Assembly: GCA_964522105.1 (NCBI GenBank)
Contig: CAZFVA010000009.1
Coordinates: 33,308-87,936 of the forward strand
DNA length: 54,629 nt
Direction: 5' to 3'
From: an uncultured Anaeromyxobacteraceae bacterium
GTDB taxonomy: Bacteria; Myxococcota_A; UBA9042; DTJE01
Shown: positions 28,072-39,300 of the stretch, piece by piece
Position numbering within the stretch: position 1 is the stretch's first letter
Layout of the letters: the number at the start of each line of letters is the position of its first letter
Program-made: the position numbers and the translations under genes
Notes under the pieces: generated by a model
What the model was told of the DNA's origin: nothing
Database searches by the model: none
The model's input: the letters and a program-made list of their open reading frames with translations, nothing else

Positions 28072-30198
28072 ATGAAAATTGGCCGTGTGATGGCTGTAGT
28101 TACGACGTCGGCAGTAGTTCTTATCAGTATTCTGGCCGGTGTTGTCGGTTGCAAGAGTGGCACCATCGGTACCGCACCGTCCCTGTACGTCGGTCCTTCC
28201 GGGGATATTGACGGGGCCGCCGAGCGTGTGGCGAACAACGGAACCGTTTACTTTGCCGAAGGCGGCGGAACGATGACGCTGGTCCTGGGTAACGTCGGTG
28301 ACGCTTTGCTGAAGATTACAAGTATCGAACTTGTTACGCAGAACTCAGATATCACTGTGTCACCGCTGTTGACCGATGTCACTTTCCCGCTTGAAGTACA
28401 GCCGAACGATTACAAGCAGGTCCACGAGACTGTTTTCACGATGACGGCTTACTACACTCCGGATGCCGATCGTGACATTTCGCCGACGACCATCAAGGTC
28501 ACGACGAACGACTACCAGAATCAGGACGGAATCTTCACTTTCAACGTTCAACCAAAAGAAAAGACGGCTGAAATCAAGGTTACGCCGAATAACGCCATAT
28601 TCCTTGGCGCCACTTCGTCGTCGCCGGATCCTGTTGAATTTACGATTGATAACGTTGGTGATGCGGCGCTGGCCCTGGCCGCTGTCAGGTTTAATCCCCC
28701 GACGACTGCCTATTCCATTACCGCCGGTTACATTCGTGAAAACCTGATGATCGACCCGTATCCGTATGGCACCGACAACGGCGCCGTCAATTTGACCATC
28801 ACGTATCGCCCGGTTAATCCGCCGGATCAGACCGATTTCGAGATCCTGTGGGGCTCCAAGATCGACACCGGTGTTGAATGTACCAATACTCCGACGTGTC
28901 AGAACAGCGAAAAACTTTGCCCGGATAAGACAAAAGTCTGCCCGTACACCTGCTTCAACGGTATGTGCGGCTGCTTGATGTCTTCTGACTGTGCGGCGTA
29001 TTTCTGTGAAAACCCGGCTGATTGCGAATACCGCTGTCTGACTTCGGTCTGTCGTATTCCAGAAGTGACGAAGGTCCCCCTGCGCGGCGAAGCTCAGGCC
29101 GGTAACCTTGAAATCACTTATGGTGATCAGGCTGACGGATGTGTTGATTTTACGACGGTCACGGTCCCCGGAAATTCATGTACGAAGCGGCTCAGCCTTG
29201 AAAACGCCGGTCCCGGTTCGGTCATTTTAAGCAAGCCGACCGTCAAGGTTGCAGGCGGCCTTGACAGCCCCTACACCGTAAAGTGGTACAAACTTGGCGC
29301 CACACAGGACCCGCTCGACGAATGCGGCGCAGTCACAGGCGAAGAGATCTCTGATTCCAGATATACACTGACCCCCGACAATTCACCGATCACTGTTGCA
29401 GTTACATACACGGCACCGTCGATCAATGGCGTCAGCGGCGACCTTGAAGTTCCGTACAGTTCACCGTTTGCCGGTGAAGAAATTGTCAGACTGTGTGGTG
29501 GCGTCCGCAAAGGCGAACTGGCGATTGCGCCGCTTCCCGAAAGCATCAGAATGACCCTTTACGCAGCCCCCGGTTCGACAGCCGAAAAGTCTGTCGTCGT
29601 TATGAACAAGGGTAATCTTGAGCTTCTGATCACCAGCATCAACGTGGAATCGGCCAATGTGGACGACCCCGATGCGTTCAGCATCCTTGAAGATGTCGCG
29701 GCCGGGTTCACACTTGCCGAAGGGGAAGTCAGGGCATTTACGGTCAGCTTCACCGGCGATCATGACGGTGGAACGACGGTTAACGGCTTTGTGAACGTGA
29801 ATTACATGGATCCGCTGATCGACATGGAAGTCAACCAGAAGGTCAACGTCGCCGGTTTCAACAGTTTTGAGGGCGTGACCCTGCCGGTCGCAGAGCCTGG
29901 TGAAGCGTCAGAATATACAGGTGTCAAAGTTGGCGATTCCGTCGTCCTTGATGCAAGCGGCAGCGTTGCCGGAACTTATGATGTCCCGTTGAATTCCGGT
30001 TATATCTGGTTCGTCTATGACAAGCCCGATGCCAGCCGCGTTTTCCTGAATACCGGTGGCGGTCAGCCCCAGATTACGGTCATTCCTGACGTCGCCGGAA
30101 CGTATGAATTCAGACTGATTGTTTACTCGGTAGACACTGACAGCACACAGGCCTATTTCAGTTCAGAAGGCAGCATCAGGTTTGATGTCACAAATTAG
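28072..30198 (+). CDS. Lipoprotein with ASH/Ig-like repeats, a Cys-rich insert and a C-terminal PKD-like domain
   Basis: AGGAG RBS; lipobox VVGC; NVGDALLKI, NVGDAALAL and NKGNLELLI repeats; VVLDASGS..YIW..PDVAGTYEFRLIV. Confidence 0.75.
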   Translation: MKIGRVMAVVTTSAVVLISILAGVVGCKSGTIGTAPSLYVGPSGDIDGAAERVANNGTVYFAEGGGTMTLVLGNVGDALLKITSIELVTQNSDITVSPLLTDVTFPLEVQPNDYKQVHETVFTMTAYYTPDADRDISPTTIKVTTNDYQNQDGIFTFNVQPKEKTAEIKVTPNNAIFLGATSSSPDPVEFTIDNVGDAALALAAVRFNPPTTAYSITAGYIRENLMIDPYPYGTDNGAVNLTITYRPVNPPDQTDFEILWGSKIDTGVECTNTPTCQNSEKLCPDKTKVCPYTCFNGMCGCLMSSDCAAYFCENPADCEYRCLTSVCRIPEVTKVPLRGEAQAGNLEITYGDQADGCVDFTTVTVPGNSCTKRLSLENAGPGSVILSKPTVKVAGGLDSPYTVKWYKLGATQDPLDECGAVTGEEISDSRYTLTPDNSPITVAVTYTAPSINGVSGDLEVPYSSPFAGEEIVRLCGGVRKGELAIAPLPESIRMTLYAAPGSTAEKSVVVMNKGNLELLITSINVESANVDDPDAFSILEDVAAGFTLAEGEVRAFTVSFTGDHDGGTTVNGFVNVNYMDPLIDMEVNQKVNVAGFNSFEGVTLPVAEPGEASEYTGVKVGDSVVLDASGSVAGTYDVPLNSGYIWFVYDKPDASRVFLNTGGGQPQITVIPDVAGTYEFRLIVYSVDTDSTQAYFSSEGSIRFDVTN

Positions 30199-30348
30199 TT
30201 CGTCTTTCACATCCTTCCAAAACAAATAAAAGCGCATTTTCCTTGTATGTAACTGGCTTGAAGTGCCATCTTCCCTTGCCTGAAATACATCAATCTGATA
30301 AACCTATGCGGACGGCATTTTTCCGTGCTCCCGGGACATTAGGAGTGT

Positions 30349-33300
30349 GTGATGGAAGTAACTGAATTCATGGTGGAATTGGAAGTCAACCCCAATGATA
30401 ACGTCGCGTTTGACAAGGCTATCGAAGATGCCTTGACCCAGGGCGGTGTTGAAGGTCTTGAACTGTTCCTTGCCGAGGTGATGGAATCACTTGGGAAAGG
30501 GCCGGTTGCAGACACCTTTTTGAAAAAACTGGATACGCTTTTCAGAAAGGAACGTAACACGGACAAGGGCAGGGTGCTCGCGTGGACGGCCGGTCTTGTC
30601 GCCTGGAAAATTCTGGACGATGTGGTCAAGGCCGAGTTCTATATGCGTGCGCTTGGTGAAGAACCTGCGTCCGATGTGGATACATGGCTTGAATTTTATC
30701 GTGTGTTCTACGCTTCCCGTGGAAACTGGCTGCGCCTTGAGCAGTTCATGGCTGAAGCCGGTCAGAAAGCCGGTAAGTCTGAACTTGAAATCAAGCGTTC
30801 GCTGGCCCGCACGGCTGCCCAGTTTGATAATCCGTCAAAGGAACTTTCATACTGGCAGGAAGTCGCGAAGCTGGATGCCGCCGATGAAGAAGCTTCCAAC
30901 CAGCTTGAAAAGCTTTACACCAAGCTTCAGCGCTGGCCATCCCTTGCCGAACTGTACAAGAACCGCCTGACCGCACTCCCGGAAGATGCCGTTAAGGAAA
31001 AGGTCGAAGCCCTTTACTTCATGCTCGATATCTATGCTGAAAAGATGCATGCCGAGCCGAAGGTTCTGTCCACATATCAGATGATTCTTGATATTGATCC
31101 GTCCAACGTCGAAGCGATGGATTCCCTTCTTGACCGCTATGAAAAAGCGGGCAGATGGCCGGACTACGCCAAGGTGCTGGATCGCAAGATTGAACAGACT
31201 GCGGATATTGATGCGCGTATCGGCCTTATGGAAAAGAAGGCCGACCTTATGGAATCGCGTTTCGCGAACGCCATGGAAGCGCTCAAGTCCTATGAATCTA
31301 TTCTTGAAATAGCCCCCGGTCGCAAAGACATACTTGATAAGCTGAAGGACCTTTACGAAAAACGGCGCGATTTTGAAAACCTGATCCGTATCCGCCGCAC
31401 AGAAGCTGAAAACCTTACTGATATTCCTGAAAAGATTGCCCTGTACATGGAACTGGCCATCATGGCCACTGACCGGCTTCGCAAGTTCCCGGTCGCCATT
31501 GAACTGTGGGAAAAGGTTCTTGGTCTTGATGACGCGAACGACGAGGCGCTCAAGAATCTTGAAGGTCTGTACGAGCGCACGAAGAACACGGAAAGCCTGG
31601 CCCAGGTTCTGCGCCGCAGAATCGATCTTGCCCCCGGTGCCGCCGAGCAGGTCCAACTGCTTGAAAAGCTTGCCCAGTTGTTTGGTACCAAGCTCGAAGA
31701 TACTGTCGGCGCCATGGAAACGTGGCGGATGATCCTGGACGTTGATCCGACTCATGACAGGGCTAAGCGCGAGCTTAGAACGCGGTATCTTTCCGAACAT
31801 AAGTGGGAAGAGCTGGAATGGTTCCTGCGTAAGTACGGAACGGTCGATGAGCTGGCAAGGACACTGGAAAGCCAGGTCAATTCGATTGAAAAGAACACCG
31901 AAAAACGCGACATCCTGTTCAAGCTGGCAGCAATATGGCGTGACGAAGTCGATCAGCCCCAGCGCGCTGTAAAGAACATTGAAGGCGTTCTGGCCATCTA
32001 TGGCGACGATTTAAGGGCCGCCAATGAACTGATTGATCTGTACCGCGGCCTGGCGGACTGGCGCAAGCTGCCGAAGGTTTACGAGATCGCCATCGGCGGT
32101 ACCGTCAACGTGGAAGAACGTCAGGCGCTCCGCATCGAGGCCGCTGAGGTTATTGAAACCCAGCTTCACAACGTTAAAGATGCCTTCTTCCTTTATCTGT
32201 CAGCGTTCCAGGAAGACATGCTTAATTCCGGCCTTCAGGGCCAGCTTGAGCGTCTTGCCGGTCCGTCGGATAACTGGGATGTGTACGTTTCTGTTCTGGA
32301 AATGGCCGTCGGCATCATGGACGAAACCGATCGCAAGATTGCGACGTGGCTTCGTATCGGCGAAATCTATAACGAAAATCTTGGCGACGCGGAAGCTGCC
32401 CAGGCTGCGTTCAAGAATGCGCTGGAACTGGATAATTCCAATCGTCGCGCCATATCGGCCCTCGAGGCACTTTATCGCAAGCTGAACAGGGACGAAGACC
32501 TTATCGGCATCCTGCAGATGCGTCTGTCGTTAGTCGTAGATGCCGACGAGCGCAAGGCCGTCAGATTCGAAATCGCGGGTGCGCTTTACGAAAGAATGGC
32601 CAATGTTGACGATGCGGTTTCAACGTACACCGACATCCTTGAAGAAGACCCGTTTGAATGGCGTGCCTATGCCGAATTCGCCGAACTTCTTCTGACAGAG
32701 AAGCGTTTTGCCGAGCTGCGTGATCTGCTTAACAAGCAGGTCGAAGCCTTATTCAGTCAGGGCGACATCAATGCCGGCGCACTTGCCGACCTGTATTGCC
32801 GTATCGGTCTTCTTACTGCCGGTATTGACGGCAAAGGCGATCACGCACTTGATTCGTTCGCAATGGCCCTTGATTACGTGCCCGGTCATGCGGAAACGGT
32901 CGAAATTCTTGAAGATATGCTTGGCAGCGAGTCACTTCGCCCACGCCTGGTCGATCTTTTGAAAGGTCCGTTTGAAGCAGCCCGCCGCTATGCCGATCTG
33001 GCCGATCTTATTGAAATTGAACTGGTTATTCGTGGCGACAGCATCGACACCATTGAGCTTCTGTGGAAGGTCGAGGGTCTGTATGCCGGTGCCGCCGCTG
33101 ATGACAACAAGCGTTTCAGGGCTCTTTCACGCATCCTGATGGTCACCCCTGATGACACGAAGGCGTGGGACAATCTTGAATCTGTGACGCGCGCAATCGG
33201 TGCGTGGCGCAGCCTGGCTGAACTGTATCTGGTCGCGGTTGAAGGCATTGAAGCCCCGGATTCCAGAGTTGCCCTGCGCCTGCGTCTTGCCAGAATTCTG

Positions 33301-36300
33301 TGGGAAGAGTTGCAGAGTGTTGACGAGGCCCGCGCTGTATTCCATGGCGTCCTTGAGCTGGACGATTCGAATGAAACGGCGCTTGATGCCCTTGAAACGA
33401 TTTACGAAGAGCTTCAGAACCACAGTGAACTGCTGAAGGTTTACCGCCGTCGCTGCGAAGTTTCGCCGTACCCCGGTGAAAAGATTGCTTACGCGTTCAA
33501 GATGGCCGGTGAACTGTCCGATCACCTTGAAGACATTGAAGGCGCAATCAAGGCAGTCCGCAGTGTTCTGGATATCGACCCCGAGTATTCGGCGGCCTAC
33601 CGTCAGCTTGACAGCCTGTATGTCCGTTCGGAAAGGTGGTTCGACCTGGCCGATGTGCTTGAAAGACGCATTGAACTGGCCGATGACGCCCAGGACCGCA
33701 CGTGGCTCCGCCTGCGTATGGCCGAAACACGCGAAATGAAGCTTGAAGACGTCGCCGGCGCGGTTGATGTCTACAAGGTGATTCTGGACAGCGATCCGTC
33801 GAATGCCGAGGCGCTCAGTCAGTTGGAAAGACTTTTCGGAAATCCGGAAGTCAAGGTCATGGTCGCCCCGATTCTGCTGCCTGCCTACAGGGCCAGCAGG
33901 GACAATGAAAAGCTTGTCACCGTGTATGACGTTCTGGCCGGGGCTGCCGATGACATCGACACACGCCTTGAACATTACGCCACGATTGCTGACATTCTTG
34001 AAAACAGCATCAAGGACACGACCAGGGCGTTTGAATATCGGGCGAAGGCATTCAGGGCCGCCCCGGAACGGGCCGGACTGGTTGATGAACTGCTTCGTAT
34101 CGGACAGGTTCGTGACGCCGTTGATGAAGCGGTGTTTGTGCTGGCCGAAAAGGTCTTTGATATTGAAGACGAAGAACGTCGTCGCGAGACCCACAGAACG
34201 ATTGCTAAGGTTTGCAGGGACGCCAACGTTGACCGTGAACTGTCAAAGCGCCACTTCAATGCCGTGCTTGCGCTTGATCCGGCCGACCTTGATGCCGTTG
34301 ATTCCCTGATCGCCATGTACGAAGCGGACAGCGAAGTCGACAGCCTGGTCGCCCTGATTATCCGCAAGTCTGATCTTGTTGTCAGTTCAGAAGAACGGGC
34401 CGCGCTGCTGCTGTGGGCCGGTGACATCTATGCCGGAGTGCTGGAAAAGGACGAAGACGCCATCGTCGCGTTCAACGGCGTTCTGGAGATCGACGGCCAC
34501 AACATGAAGGCCATCGAAGCCCTTGAAGGTCTTTATGAAAAGGCCGGAATGTGGGAAGAACTGGTCGATGTTCTTGGTCGCAAGGCCGACTACACCGACG
34601 GCGATGTCCGCGTCATCGCGCTGAAGAAGAAAGGTCTTGTCCAGCATGAAAAGATGGGTAACACCGTCGAAGCAATCGAGACGTTCCTTCAGGTCATGGC
34701 TATCAATACCGCCGATGTTGACGGAATCCGCACACTGGACCGCCTGTATGCCGCTTCTGAAGACTGGTGGAATCTGTACTCGACCCTTGAAAACCTGTAC
34801 GCCCTTGTCCAGGGTGAAGAGCGCCTGACAGTCCAGTTCCGCATGGGCAAACTGCTTGAGCGTGAAATGGGTGACCCGACAAAGGCCGTCCAGATTTATG
34901 AAAACCTTCTGGAAGAATTCACGGACAACAAGGACGCCGTCGAGGCTCTTGAAGGCATGGTTCGTGCCGACAATGCGGCGGAAGAGGCGTTCAAGGTGCT
35001 GGCCCCCACGCTTTCCGAGCGTGGCGAGTGGATGCGCCTGTACATTGTTTATGAAGTAATTACGGAAAAGGAAGAAGACATTGCCAGAAAGGTCAGCAAC
35101 CTTCTGACGATGGGCGAAATTGCCGAACAGCGCATGCAGGAACCTCTGCGTGGATTTGAATGTTACGGCAGGGCCTTTACGACTGACCCGCTGAATCCGG
35201 AAGCCCGCGAGCGTATCGAATCGCTGGCGACAGCCCACGATATGTGGGACAACGTCCCGGGATTGCTGCTTGAAGGCGCCAAGTCGGTCGAGGGCACTCC
35301 TGATGCTCTGGCCCTGCGTCTGCGTGCCGCGACCATCCTGCGTGACAGCGTCGGCGACCTTGATGCGTCAGCCCTTGCGTTTGAAAGCATCATTGAAGAC
35401 ATCCCGGACAATATGTCCGCGCTGCCGGCCCTTGATGCCATTTACACGAAGCTGGAAAACTGGAAGGACCTCTCCCGGATCCTGCGCGCCGAATACGATG
35501 CTGTTCAGGCGTTCGGGCAGAAGGTCGATTTCCTGCTGCGTTCAGCCGTCGTGTCTGAAGAAAAGCTGGACAATCCTGCCGCCGCCTTGGAAGCCCGTCA
35601 GGAAGTCCTGTACCTGTCACCGAATAATCCTGACGCCGTGGCCGGGATCCGGGCCATGTTCAACGCCGGTAAATTCCGCGCGCAAGCCCTTGAAATCCTT
35701 GAACCAATCTATCTTGATACCGCTGCATACCAGGACCTGGCAACAGTCTACGAAGCCGTTCTGGCCGATGTCGAAGACGCCGGTGAACGTCGCGGAGTCA
35801 TGACGAAGCTGGCCGAAGTCTGGGAAAAGAAGCTTGTCGATCTGACAGCGGCGATGACCTGGTACGGCCGCGCCTTTGAACTTGATCCGGCCGATGAATC
35901 GCTGCTTATGCAGGTCGAAATGCTGGCCGGTACATCTGGAAACTTCAAGCTGCTGCTGGACATTCTTCTGGCCGCCGCCACTGCCTGCGAAGACGAAGAA
36001 CGCAAGGTCTATCTGTGGCACAAGGCTCTGGAAACGGCCCGCGACAGACTGTTCGACATCGCGAAGGCAGAAGATATCGGCAAGTGGATTGTCGGGGTCT
36101 GCAAGACCGACCGCACAGCGTTGTCAGCTCTTGACGCCATGTACGAATCCCAGGGCCGCTGGCAGGATCTGCTTGGTATCCTTACTGACGAAGTAGCCGC
36201 GTCAGACTTTGACGACGAAAAGACCGGCTTCCTGCTTCGTATCGGCGCCCTGCAGAGGGACCGTCTTGATAATCTGGAAGGCGCTGTCGCCGCATACACG

Positions 36301-39300
36301 CAGATTGTGAAATCTGACGAAATGCACCGCGAGGCCCTTACCGCACTGAGCGTTCTGCACGAGCTGCGCGCCGAGTGGGAAGACCTGTTCAACGTGTTGT
36401 CGCGCCTGGCAGATGTGGCCCAGACCGGCGACGAAAGGGCAGTTATTCAGCGCAAGCTGGCCGTACTGGCCGAAGAAAAGCTGGAACGCACAGAAACGGC
36501 GCTCGGCCTGTGGGACGAAGTCTCCAGAACCGATCCCAATGATGTCGCGGCCCTTCGCAATCTTGAAAGACTTTATGCCGCCAGGGAAGACTGGAACGCC
36601 TTTGTTGATGCGTGCGAGCGTGAACTGCCGCTGATGGCTGACGATCCGGCCCGTTCCGGTGACCTGCTGCGCAGCATTGCCCGTGCCGCTGAAAATGAAC
36701 TTGGTGACACATTCCAGGCTCAGAACGCGTGGCGCCGAATCCTGGACACGACTGCCGATGACATGGATGCGCTTCAGGCTCTGCGTCGTCTGTACCGCGA
36801 ATCCGGCGATATCGAAGCCCTTTCGCGTATCCTGGTTTCCATCGTGGACAGCGGACTGGTTGTCGGTGACGAGCGTAAAGCTCTTTTCCAGGAACTTGCC
36901 GAACTGCTGACCAACGAACTTCCGCGTTTTGACGAGGCCATCAACTGGTGGAACAAGGTCGTCGAGATGGCGCCGGAAGACACCGATGCCCTTACAAACC
37001 TGGAAAGACTTTACGAAGACACCGGGCGCTTTGAAGAATGTGTCCGTGTTACGAAGCGGCTTGTTGAACTGACGAAAGGCAAGGGCAAGAAGGCAGATAT
37101 GCTTTCCCGCGCCGCTTCGATGCAGGCCGACCAGATGAAGGACCTTGTTGGCGCAGCCATAACCCTGCAGACAGTTGTCGGGATTAACGGCGGCAACATG
37201 GAAGTGTCCGAAAGGCTTCAGGATCTGTACACCAGACTTGAAGACTGGGACAGCCTTGCAGACGTTCTGCTGGCGCGTGACGGCCTGTTGAAGGACCTTG
37301 ACGACAGGGTCAACAACTTCTGTGAAGTGGCCAGGGTTTTTGAAAGTCGCAAGGGCGAAAAGGAATCGGCGTTCCTGATCTATACGAAGGCCGCTGAAGT
37401 TAATCCGGCTGACGAAAACACGTTCATCGAGCTGTGGCGCCTGGCTCAGGAAATCCAGAACTGGGGCGATTACGTTGACATGCTGTCCGCTTTTGTTGAC
37501 GGCATGGGCGATGATTCTCGTCAGGAACACCTGCTCCGCTTCGGTGAAGTGCTTTCAACGCATACCGACAGAACGGCCGACGCAGTTGGCTATTATGAAA
37601 AGGTCATTGCTGACTGGCCCGAAAACGAAGTCGCGCTGGAGGCATTGACCCGCCTGTACACGCAGGTTGAAAGCTACGACAAGCTGGTCACTGTCCTTGA
37701 AGCTCGCGTGGAGCTGAGCCCCGACTATCTGGAAAAGGTCCAGTTGCAGTTCCTGGCAGCCGAAGTCCTTGAAGGCAAGGTTGGTGATCCGGCCAGGGCC
37801 GTTGTGTCCTACGCCAAGGTTCTGGACTATGACGAAGGTCATGTGGCAACTCTGGACGCCCTGATCAGGCTTTACACCGCCCTTCAGAACTGGGAAAAAC
37901 TGGTCGAAGCCCTTGATCGCAAGGCAGTTAATGTGCCTGCCGATGAAGTGGCTGTTCGTTACCAGATGGGCCTCGTTCTTGAAGAAAACGTCGGTGACCC
38001 GGAAAGGGCCATCAAGGCTTACGAGCAGGTTCTTGAGCTGTCCCCGTCACATTCTGAATGTATTGACAGACTGCAGTCGCTTTACGGCGGACTGGAAGAC
38101 TGGGCCGGACTTGCTGATGTGTTCCAGCGTCTTCTGGACATGTCGAACGAAGTTCCTGACCGGATTCTGTTCTGCAACAGGCTTGCAATCCTTTATCAGG
38201 ATGCTCTTGGTGACAAGCGCAAGGCCCTTGATTACTGGCAGCAGGTCCTGGACATGGACGCCAACGACGACGAAGTCTTCGAAACGGCTGTCCGTCTGCT
38301 TACCGATCTGGAAGACTGGGGCGAACTGATCAACCTGTATGAAAGCAGAATTGGCAGGGTAGATGACACTGAAGTTCGCATCTTCACACTGACAAGGCTT
38401 GCGGACGTTTATGAAAAGCGTCTGGAAGACATCAATTCCGCAGTTTCGTGTTACCAGCGCATGCTGGAATTCCGCCCGGACCATACTGTCGGCTACTCTG
38501 AACTGGTCAGAATGTTCAGCGCGATGGAGTCATGGGAAGACGTCGTTGATACGTACGTCAAGTGGAAGGAACACGTTGACTCGGACGTCAGAATGGTCGA
38601 ACTGATGTTGCTGGCGGCTGATGTCGTCAGGGACAAGCTGGAAAATCCCGAACGCGCAATTGACATGCTGCGGGGTATTCTGGTCGTCGATCCTGTTAAC
38701 CGCGAAGCGTCCAGCCGACTGATTGCCATTTATGGCGACCTTGAAGACTGGGAAAAGGTTGCCGCCGTCCATCTGGGCATGGAAAGCCATGTTCATTCGG
38801 ATGACGACAAGGCGCACCTGCGGTCTGCCGCCGGTGACGTGTACATGCACAAACTGAAGGACCGCCTGCACGCGATCGAGCACTACGAAAAGGCGCTGGA
38901 TTACAATCCGCGTCTGTTTGACGTGGCTCAGTCACTTGCCGGTGCTTATGTTGCCGCTGCCCGCTGGGAAAAGGCCGAGCCGCTGCTTGACATGCTGGCG
39001 TCCGACGCCCGCGTGATGGCCGATCCCGACCGCTCCGCTGAAGTCCATTTCGAGATGGGTCTGTGCGGCGAAAAGCTGTTCGATTTCGAAAAGGCTTTCC
39101 GCGAATACCAGATTGCCATAAAGGTGCGCCCGAATCACGTCAGGACCGTTCTTGGTCTTGGTCGTCTGTATCAGCGCAAGGAACTGTGGCAGCTTGCCAA
39201 GGATAACCTGGTCAAGGCGATGGAACTGGGCGGCGCAGATATGCCGACCGAAGATCGCGTCGAGATTGGCTATGCACTTGGTGAAATCAACCTGGCCCTT

